The notes beneath the pieces are model-generated. The model worked only from the letters and a program-made list of their open reading frames with translations. It did no database searches and was not told the DNA's origin. 64,000 bases of DNA from Trichoplax adhaerens (Eukaryota; Animalia; Placozoa). The translations under genes were made by a program, and so were the position numbers. The DNA lies in NCBI RefSeq assembly GCF_000150275.1, contig NW_002060958.1, positions 479,701 through 543,700 on the forward strand. Reading direction: 5' to 3'. Below are positions 53,863-64,000 of this stretch, piece by piece; the first letter of the stretch is position 1; each line of letters opens with the position of its first letter.

Positions 53863-56460
53863 GGCGGGCAGGAAAGTTAGCGTCTAGCAACGGCTTTGTA
53901 TTAGCTGTAAATCAACGCCAAAACCTTGCATCCGATATAAAAGTACAAAAAATAAACATAAGATATCTTTCTACAACAACCATTACAAAATGAAGAGCCT
54001 ACCAGTGCTACTGGTTATCGAATTTTCAAATTTAATCATCAATGACCGTCATATCTACACAATAAATTCAAGATGGCGGAAGCCACAAAAAGTTCTCATA
54101 TGCATTTAATACCAGTGACAATACGAACCAACGACCTTATTAGTCTACAATAGCTCCACATCATTTGAAAATTCGTACGCATGCGCTGGTCAGCTGGAAG
54201 TCGGATCAGGTACTGTACACTGTGCAGTACTGTATACTGTACACTCTATACTCTAACTCTACAGTACGTAGTACACAGTACAGTACAGAACAATAATGAG
54301 TGTGCAATTCCTTTTGCGCGGTAGACTACAGTACAGTACAGTACAGTACTGTACAGTACTCTGCGAGTGTGGGTATGTACTGTACACTGTACTGTACAGT
54401 GTACAGTACAGTACATACCTGTAGTTCGTGTTCAGGCAGCTTTAGTGTACTGTACAGTGTACAGTACGGTACGTGCAGTACAGTACAGTACGAAACAATT
54501 AAAATACTGTACTGTAAGTGTGCAATTACTTTTGCAGGTTAGACTACAGTACAGTATAGTACGTACAGTACAGTACGAAACAATTAGAATACTGTAAGTG
54601 TGCAATTACTTTTGCACGGTAGCCTACTGTGCTCTGCGAGTGTGCGTATGTACAGTACTGCAGTTCGTGTTCAGGCTGGTTCAGTGTACTGTACTGTACA
54701 GTGTACAGTGTACAGGTTTTCTTTTCTTTTCTCTCTTTTACAATTATTAGTGTACAGTACACTGTACAGTACCGTATAAACGCACGCGCACAGCATGAAC
54801 TAGTATGAACTACCGGTAGGCATTTGGTAAAAATGTCTGATGAACCGAAACCTCCATTACCAGGTGAAGTAGTTGGTTTGAATGAAAACGGGTAATGTAC
54901 AGTACAGTATGTACCATACCTCAAGTTTCAGCCATACCGTACGCACACTGCAGCGCATCAGCGCTTGATCCACTCGACGTACTGTACAGTACTGTACAAT
55001 GTACTGTACATTGTACTCGCCAGAAATGAAAGAAAACTGGCCACAAGCTGACTCTTAACGAATCAACGTTGTTGTTGAAATTTTGGGTGGTAGTATTGTC
55101 GATTATAAATATTTTCATCATTGAATGATATAGTTTAAGAATACAGTAGGTAAAATGTTACTGCTTGTGATCGCTAAGATGAAAATGATACGCTTTGATG
55201 ATTCTTGGGTAACGAGAACTAGCGACAGATATCCGGTTATTTTGGATACTTTCGTGGCATTATGTTTCATTCGCATCGCGCGTTCTATACAGTAGAATAG
55301 AATGCCAGCTTACCTTTGCAAAGTTACTGCATGCGGAACTTTCTAAATAGAAAGTACAGTACTGTAAGTACTGTACACTGTACAGTACAGTGTACAGTAC
55401 ATACAGTACAGTACAGTACTGTACACTGTATCATTGAAGATTGATTGTGGTTGCGCCGCAGTACCGAGCGATGATGCGAATGACACGTACGACGAAGACT
55501 ATGAAAGTATCCCAAAATGACCTGATATGATTGAGTTATTTCTCGCTGCCCAAAGATTATAGACAAAAAAATCAGAGCAGAAAAATTGGATGTATTCTTA
55601 AACTATACAATTCAATTATTTAATTGACATTCGATCCTACTACCACCCAGAATCTCAACAACAAAATTGACAAATTGGAACCAGTTTTCTTGAAATTCTG
55701 CCATGATTTACCTGCTGTACGTACAGTACAGTACAGTACAGTACATGCAGCAGATTTACAGTCATACAGTACTGTACTGTACTGTATGTACGTTACAGTA
55801 CCTTTACTTTTCCCTACAGAGTTTCAAGAAGACTACAGTACACTGTACTGTAGTCTTGGTACGGTACCGTCTATGATTACAGGCCCTGCCAACGGTGACG
55901 GATGGAAGGAACAACCAAGGCGGAAACGGCCAAATCCACGCTGTGGCCTAGTACAGTACAGTACTGCACTATACTGTACTGTATTTTATTTCAACCCTTC
56001 TCTTTTTACAGAACTACAGTACAGTATTTACTCATCAGCACAGTACGGTACTATACTGTACACTGTAGCGAACAGTGGGTGGACAGTACTGTTGTAGGAG
56101 TACGGTACAGTACTGTCCAGTTTTAGTACTGTAGTACAGTACTGTACGTATAACAACCACCGTCGCCACTGTTGTTGGATCTTTTTGAACAAATACCACA
56201 AGCGTCTTGCTGATTCTCTCAAGCTTTAACCGATCAAGGTAGGCCGCACTAAATCTTTTGCCGTATTATCTAGCCTCAATCGGCATTTTCGGTGTACTTT
56301 TGTCTTAGTAAATGTAGCTAAAGATGGACATGTCTATTCAAGACGTACAGCACAGTATAGGATTACTGCCTGGATATGGATCGATTCCTTCGTCATTCAT
56401 GCAAGATGATGTTGTTTAGCTTACCAATTTTTTTTCTCATCATTTCCAAATAGCCCAATA
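53863..56460. promoter_or_regulatory. Divergent EPC/SEC61G upstream region dominated by CAGTA arrays (54205-56150)
   Basis: Head-to-head genes. YY1-like AAGATGGCGG at 54070 and NRF1-like ACGCATGCGC at 54177. Probable SEC61G 5'-UTR exon ending at ~56238 (AAG|GTAGGC). Confidence 0.7.
55020..55700. mobile_element. Degenerate long inverted repeat (foldback/Mutator-like), arms ~55020-55285 and ~55465-55700
   Basis: Collinear inverted blocks: AAGAAAACTGG, TTGTTGTTGA.ATT.TGGGTGGTAGTA, TATAGTTTAAGAATACA, TTGGG.A.CGAGAA, GGATACTTTC, TCATTCGCATC. The central loop contains a CAGTA array. Confidence 0.65.
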
Positions 56461-58239
56461 ATGGACCAAGTAACGACTTTAGTTGACCCACTAAAAGTGT
56501 TTGTAAAGGATTCTGTTCGTTTAGTCAAACGATGCACTAAACCTGACCGAAAAGGTATGAATAACTTCAACAGGCCTTTATTGCCTAGTTCAATTAAATA
56601 TTCCATTCGACTTGCATGTTACATAAACGTAAAAATCATCTTCTGCCTGTAAAATGATAACAATCTCTATTTTTCTGTAATGTACGAGATTATAATGAAT
56701 CATTTAATCTGGCCAGTATGTCACACCTTTTATCAGTATTTTAAATTAGTTTGGATCGTCATGACAAAATAAAAGTACCATCATTTTATATCTACAGAAT
56801 AAGCGTACAGTATACAGATACACTGGACATAGGAAATGTACGCTTTCTTGTCTTCTACTACGTAGTCATCATAGCATTGTGACTATCAAATTGGTTAGTC
56901 GTGATTAAAACAGTTTTTCTTCCATCGTTATTCAACGGTGTTGCTATTCGCATTGTATTGAAACTACACTTTATACTGTAGTATGCTACGTTCTTAATAA
57001 TCTACTCTATGTTGTGATGAGAGGCCATTCAACATCCATTGAAAAATAAGCGTATGATACAAATTCTTCCGTTTTTGCCTTATGTGCTTTCTGTACAGTA
57101 CCGTAAAAAGGTTTGAAGAAGGAATTATTCAATACCCATACATTGATACAACCTGTTCTAACAAAGTAATACAATTAAGATTTTATGGATCAAATCCAAT
57201 TGAATTGTAGAAACTTAGTTATGGCTATTGGATTCGATCAAATTTTATTTATGTCGGTAACTCGGTAGGACGTATGATCACCAGCATTGTTGATCATAGT
57301 ATCCACAAACATATCAAACAGGTTACTAAAAATAAATATAGAATCAGACTGCCTCATACTTATTACAAATAGTTTGTTACCATGTCTGCAAGTTATTAAG
57401 TATATCGATGGCATACTTAATTCGCTATCAATAAATTAGGATGATTTTAAATCACCATGCTAGCTAAAGTTACGCAATAATTACAATAAGCCAGTCAAGA
57501 GTTTCAGATATACCAAACTTATTGCCGCCAATAGAAGAATAATGCTTAACAATTCCTGTTACTATGTCTTTTCAATAAACTCGACAAATGCTTTAAAAAC
57601 GCTCTATACTGTACTGTCAATCTCAAGTTTTAAACTTAATTGACAGTGAAACAGTCACGTCAGATTTGTCATGTAACTAGCTACCATATTAGACAGTACG
57701 TTCATGGACACTGAAAATAGGACAACACTGTTTACCCTCTAGTAGTGTAACGACTCTGATAAGTTGTAGTATAAACGCTTTAGATTTACTGACCTCGTAC
57801 ATAATTACCTACAGACTGTATTCTAGTTGAGATGATATCACATGATAGATAATAGAATTAAAAAATTGATCATGATTACTGATATATCGTACGTTCGATC
57901 GATTGCTTCTTGCTCATGCTTTTTTAAATTATGCCTTGTACCTACAATACGAGTATATATATTGATATACTTGATAACCACTATTGGAACGTTTTGTCTT
58001 ACATATTTACTACGGATGGACGCGCTAAATAAAACAGAATTTCAAAAGATTGCATTTGCCACGGCTATCGGTTTTGGAATTATGGGATTTATAGGCTTTT
58101 TCGTTAAGTTGATCCACATCCCCATCAATAACATCATCGTGTAAGTACAAATTTTCTCATTGATTCAGATACTGACAATATCTGGTCGTTTTTTATTCAG
58201 CTTATTATGAAATATTTCCTTTTCAACAGTGGAAGTTAA
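56461..58239 (+). CDS. SEC61G: Protein transport protein Sec61 subunit gamma
   Basis: Exons 56461-56554, 58038-58140 and 58230-58239 give [74 protein letters not shown] at ~58317. Confidence 0.98.
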
Positions 58240-58519
58240 TCAACTGAATCGTATGTCGCCTATAGCGAGAAATGAATGGATTGTTTCTGTGCTTGCTGTA
58301 AACTTAACGTATGGCTAATAAAGCGTTATTAACATACCACATAGGATGTTGAATTGTTAGTGTAATTGAAATGTACTATCAGAGTTACAAATAGAGTGGG
58401 TATTTTAAAATTCAAGAAATATCAGATTGATAAATACTTCCGTTTTCAGTAGCATAGCAAATAAATAATGATGAGAGTGCCGGATAGTTTCATTATTACT
58501 AAATGTATCAGCATAGAAT

Positions 58520-61061
58520 CTAATTTAAAGTATAATTTATCTCCATGGACCAAATAACGTTATCGTCAGTTGTGATTGTAACTTCGTTAGATCCGTCAAA
58601 AGCATTTGAAGTACTTATCAAGCTACCAAACGCAAATTCGATTCCCTCTATTACAATTGCAAAACCAACGAAATGGCGATTATATATTTTGTTAGGGCAA
58701 ATCAGCGAAATTGATCAAATAGTGTTATTATTTGATGGGATAAAGCATGTTTTACATCGAATACTGATATCGATAGGGACAACACTAACCAACTGGGAGA
58801 TTCCATTTCAATCCGGTAGTTCTTAAATTATTACATTTATTACCAATTGGAAGCAAGCTGCACCAATTACCTTCCATTTCAGTATTAACTAGGACTTTAT
58901 GCTGACCCTACATAATATAAGATTAAAATATCAGTATTGATAACCCCCGCAAGCAAATAGCAAAAACATTATACGTGTATATTCATACTGGAGTCAGAAG
59001 GCAGATATATGATTTGACGGACAGCAGGATTATTTGAATCCGACTGATCTTCGCAGCTACATACAGGGCATGGATGGATGCCATACTTTGGTCAAACCGA
59101 TCATGCACTGCTCCTAGCGCTATAATGTAATCGCACTACAGTACATTAAACGTATAAGTTATATCGAAATTTTAGTTGCTCACTAGCTATCCAGGACCAG
59201 ACATAAAAATTGAAATTTGAATTATTTTTTGATACATTAGTCAAATGACGTAAACCTGATTGAAATACTGTACAATGTTTGGATGATCGTAACTTTGCTT
59301 AGTGAATTATATCTATGCGAATATGCAGTATGATAAAAGTATCCAAAATAACCTGAATGTTACGATACGGCTCTGTCTGTAAAACAAGTCTTAGGCATTT
59401 CAAGAAGTCGTTTTCATCTTCGTCACTCTTGTGCACAATGATAGTACCCTATTTCAAGTTGTATGATTCAGGCGAATGTAGTACTTCATGGATATTAAAA
59501 GTTTTAATTATTGTATACGATATTGCAGATGCTAACCTTGTCCTTATAGTAGTTCTGGGCATTCGAATTGACGGAATCTAAATCTCCACAGATGACATCT
59601 GGAATATACCTTAATTACAAAGTATATTAAAGCTCTGAAGTAGATACAATGTAAAGTACACCACCAATTTACAACGGATACGCTATAGAATATGATCTTT
59701 ACATAGAGTTCAAACTATTCAAATTATTACTAAGCTCACTTATTTCTGTCATCATCGAGTAACTCAAATACGTAATTGGCCCCACCATCTGCGCATACAG
59801 TCAGTTTAGCTGCAAAATGTGAAATTATGTTATAGGACATCATAATATTAGTTTTACTACAATATCTGAATACTGGTAAAACTATAGATATCATCGTGCC
59901 TTCCTGTCTAGAGTTGAACTCAATATGAGTAGTATTATGATCTACTGTACATGCAGTCAGAAAATTATATTACGTAATACAAGAGAGATTAAAGTAAGTT
60001 ATGTATATGATAGCCTTCCTCATGTGAAATTTCAAAAGTACTTGTATCTATTGTAGATCAAAGATGTAAGTCTGTACGCGTATACCTTTACGCATCAACG
60101 TTGTTAGAAGATGGCGTTCACGCTCGTATAAACTTGCATTGCAAGTTACAGGCTGATTCAGGACAATCAAAATAATCCCTATATCTGAATACATAAAAGA
60201 GATTTAAATCGGTACAATCCGCATCAAATGTAGTTAAGATGTTGAAAGATTGTCTAATTCGTAAGCACTATGACGAGACATTAACAGATGCTCTAGAAAT
60301 GTTTGATACCTATACTAAATTAATACTGGCAAGTTCTATCATCCTATTAATTTTCCGCAATCACTCACACAATAAACTACGTACAGTCTTAAGCTACTAT
60401 ACAGTGCAAAAAATTCTTTCGAAGTGATATCGCTATGATTCATCTCTATCTAGATATAGAATATCTATCTCGATATTATAAGAAATAACTTGGTCCATTT
60501 TCTGCCTGTGTATCAGTTCGCATATTCACGAAGTTCATTGGTTCATAAAAGAATAGGTAGCAAGTGGTATTACATGAAAATGTTTTGGTGTTTTTACGTG
60601 TGTATCTATTGGCAAAAACTGATCATTAATTTGACAATAACGTCCAGCGCAGCGAGAGCGTGGCCTGACTAGAATACGAATAAGTGAGTGAGCTAGTTGT
60701 AGAGTATTCTACGTACAGTAAGTTGCAGCTAGTCAACCAATATGCACGAGGATTCCACTAGCTTGTTGCAATGATTCGTTAGCAGTCATAATAAAGTGCA
60801 ATCTATGCTGTCTACGCGTATGATGCACCATTTTGCAAGATGTTTGTAAATAGCAAGAATCGACTGTCACTAACTGTACTCTAGGCGAACAAGTAGTCAA
60901 AATGTACGTAGCCATCGAGAGTCATCAGCGTAATGCGCAATGTGCACCAATTCAATGGACAATCAATCAATATTGCTGTACAGTGTGCAGTCATTTTACG
61001 ATACTGTACCTTCTTGAATTGTTGTAATCTCTGATATGGAAGGTATGCAATTCATACTCAT
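58520..61061 (-). CDS. TPK1: Thiamine pyrophosphokinase, multi-exon
   Basis: Exons encode IILIVLNQP (~60085-60185), VCADGGAN (~59740-59810), [10 protein letters not shown] (~59540-59610) and the C-terminus [32 protein letters not shown] (TAG 58520). The first exon 61010-61061 ([17 protein letters not shown]) is tentative. Confidence 0.9.
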
Positions 61062-61299
61062 TCTAAAGGAAATAAGGATAGCTTGTAATTTGACTACTTC
61101 AAATGGCTGTCGAAAGGATCGAAGATGTTATATACAATTCTCATGATTCAACAAGAATGAGCAGCGTCCAGGTATACTAAACACTATTATACTGTACAGT
61201 GTCCAGTCCAGCTTGCTATCACCATTTGTTTACGAATTCCAGTAACTCATTCCAGGCCTCAGTAGACCATCAGTATGAGTGTGGTAAGAAAGAGCGATG

Positions 61300-61403
61300 C
61301 TGTATGTACAGTGTACAGTGTACAGTGGATACTGCATACAGTACTGTACAGTACTGTACTGTACTGTACTATACTGTACTGTATGGTTGTAGCGGGTACA
61401 GTA
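61300..61403. repeat. CAGTA/TACTG array upstream of TPK1, running into an assembly gap
   Basis: TGTACAGTGTACAGTG...CAGTACTGTACAGTACTGTACTGTACTGTAC. Confidence 0.85.
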
Positions 61404-61453
61404 NNNNNNNNNNNNNNNNNNNNNNNNNNNNNNNNNNNNNNNNNNNNNNNNNN
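61404..61453. other. Assembly gap (50 N)
   Basis: Run of N. Confidence 1.
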
Positions 61454-64000
61454 AGCGATGCCATTAGTTGCATTACTGTTTCTTTGTCCTTTAACGCCGT
61501 CGGTAGTCGAATGCACATAATGTACAGTGCAGAAAGGGCCCTTGGTTAGTGATTTACGATCGATTTTTAAAATAGCTATCGCATCGAAATCCAATTTGGA
61601 AAAAGCTTTGATATACAGTGATGCTTATTGTAAAGCTTGTTTAATTAAGCTCTTACTGTGTAACCCGCTATTCCAACGGCACTGGTATGTCTATAAGCAC
61701 TGTTCATAGTTGGTAACTTTTATTTCAGATCAAATAAACACCATCAAAATGGCCAAGCAATGGACAATATGTTCAATTGTTCCATTTCAGCAATGGTGTA
61801 AATGATGTTTGATAAGGATATGGCCACAGCCTTGAGTGTGGCGGCGCACAATAGAACGACGAATTAATCCTTGACCCTAGTTTATTTTGGAAACAATTTA
61901 TTTCATTGACCGCGTTTCCTTAACTATCTATCTCGCGCAGGATAGAGGCCCTGTATCTAAAGTAATTATGCACAAGTGTAATTTTATGATGACAAGAATT
62001 GCTTGCCAATTTTTGCAACCTAGTTTATTTTGGAAAGAATTTATTTTATTGACGGTTTGCTGAACTATCTATCTCGCGCAGGATAGAGACCCTGTATCTA
62101 AAGTGATTAAGCACAAGTGTAATTTTATGATGACAAGAATTGCTTGCCAATTTTTGCAACCTAGTTTATTTTGGAAAGAATTTATTTTATTGACGGTTTG
62201 CTGAACTATCTATCTCGCGCAGGATAGAGACCCTGTATCTAAAGTGATTAAGCACAAGTGTAATTTTGTGATGACAAGAACTGCTTGCCAATTTTTGCAA
62301 CCTACAGTAGTTTATTTTGGAAAGAATTTATTTCATTGACGGTTTGCTGAACTATCTATCTCGCGCAGGATAGAGGCCCTGTATCTAAAGTGATTATGCA
62401 CAAATGCAATTTTGTGATGACAACCATTGCTTGCCAATTTTTGTAATCATTTGCATTTGCATGCATGCAATGCCAATTTCTCCATTCTTTGTAAGAGCAG
62501 TCTGCAATTTGCTTAAGNNNNNNNNNNNNNNNNNNNNNNNNNNNNNNNNNNNNNNNNNNNNNNNNNNNNNNNNNNNNNNNNNNNNNNNNNNNNNNNNNNN
62601 NNNNNNNNNNNNNNNNNNNNNNNNNNNNNNNNNNNNNNNNNNNNNNNNNNNNNNNNNNNNNNNNNNNNNNNNNNNNNNNNNNNNNNNNNNNNNNNNNNNN
62701 NNNNNNNNNNNNNNNNNNNNNNNNNNNNNNNNNNNNNNNNNNNNNNNNNNNNNNNNNNNNNNNNNNNNNNNNNNNNNNNNNNNNNNNNNNNNNNNNNNNN
62801 NNNNNNNNNNNNNNNNNNNNNNNNNNNNNNNNNNNNNNNNNNNNNNNNNNNNNNNNNNNNNNNNNNNNNNNNNNNNNNNNNNNNNNNNNNNNNNNNNNNN
62901 NNNNNNNNNNNNNNNNNNNNNNNNNNNNNNNNNNNNNNNNNNNNNNNNNNNNNNNNNNNNNNNNNNNNNNNNNNNNNNNNNNNNNNNNNNNNNNNNNNNN
63001 NNNNNNNNNNNNNNNNNNNNNNNNNNNNNNNNNNNNNNNNNNNNNNNNNNNNNNNNNNNCGTCGTCAGCACTCACTGCCTACTGGATACTGTCCATTGTA
63101 CTGTAGAGTACAGTACTATGGATGGTGTCCATAGGTACTGTATCCGAATTGACGCCCACATCCCTGAATGGTCAGTAGGTGACACTCGACCACTGGCGTA
63201 ACCTGTCCCCACTCTCTTCCATGGCTGTCTGTCCGAAGACCAAGCTTTGGATGCCCCCCCTCCGTCCACGACTTGAATGCTTGCCAACGTCCAAGACAAT
63301 AAATTGTGGGTAGAGTACGCATACTAGTGTTGATTTTCCATACGAAAGGCGTCGTGAGTGGGGGCACGGATAGCCATCGACTCGGGGTAGACATCTGTAG
63401 TTTGGACAACTTGGGTCGATTGCAAAAGCTGAAGGAGAGAGAGAATGCGAGTTTAGCCAGGTATCAAAAGGCATCAAAATAGCGTCGACAAAAGGCGAAG
63501 AAAGATTTGAAAGATGACGTCAGATTTTCAATCTTGCACAAGAATTGGTAGACAAGAGATTGATGAGCAGAGAGTAAAACCATTTTAAGCTTGATTTTCA
63601 ACCGTTTTGCTTGTTGACAAAGCGTGGATAAAAAAATCTTTTCCATCATTTCAATTGTCAAGATAAACAACAAGAGCAAATTGTTGTTGGGCATTGATTC
63701 AATTGGATATCCATTGGGAGACGTATCTTGTGTCGTGGCAGTCTTGGTGGGGCTGATAGTGGTACACGATAGCCCACACCATCATTCTATTTCAATTTAT
63801 TACATCAGATTGACCAATCCATGTATCGATCATCCTTTCCAACATACATGATTCTCTTGTAAATTATTCTTCCTCCTTTCAACCTGCTAAATCCCACCAC
63901 AAGAACATTGATTACCATCAAGTCCAAGCGCAATCATACTCCGATCACTACTGGATCGCCATTGATACAAGTTGTCTTGTCATCTTGAATGCAGTAACGT
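61454..64000. repeat. Second copy of 36251-39046, including the 141-bp array at ~61876-62443 and the hairpin at 63077-63136
   Basis: Begins exactly at the gap edge; no differences from the first copy noticed by eye. Confidence 0.95.
62518..63059. other. Assembly gap (542 N), corresponding to 37315-38105 of the first copy
   Basis: The flanks match 37314 and 38106. Confidence 0.95.

Noticed and set aside
54300-56222. Multiple ORFs rich in TVQYSTV/CTVLY (also at 19198-19422, 24282-24653, 61199-61594)
   Set aside because: They are translations of the CAGTA pentamer array, which is stop-poor in several frames; not protein genes.
1-64000. tRNA, rRNA, snoRNA or intact transposase genes
   Set aside because: None recognised by eye; an Infernal/tRNAscan and Dfam search would be needed to exclude small RNAs in introns.

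Overview
AT-rich, intron-bearing animal genomic DNA with two N-gaps. The compact introns, intronless orphan GPCRs, no obvious CpG depletion and gene content suggest a placozoan (Trichoplax-like); this is inference. The first ~14 kb is gene-poor and holds two paralogous single-exon rhodopsin-class GPCRs. A gene-dense block follows, spliced by hand from the sequence: PSMA2(-) head-to-head with HIBADH(+), a COX14-like gene(-), a Caspr/Neurexin-IV-like adhesion gene lacking the discoidin domain(+), an MBD5/6-like gene(+), an unknown ~200-aa multipass membrane gene(-), EPC(-) head-to-head with SEC61G(+), and TPK1(-). The most striking non-coding signal is a CAGTA/TACTG/TGTACA array found at the 5' end of each recognised housekeeping or chromatin gene but not at the GPCR or Caspr starts. 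It is associated with two foldback (inverted-repeat) elements and two ~140-155 bp tandem arrays. The gene set matches human Hox-bearing chromosomes, including the MBD5-EPC2 and TPK1-CNTNAP2 neighbour pairs. The last 2.5 kb is an apparently identical, gap-flanked copy of 36251-39046, probably an assembly artefact.
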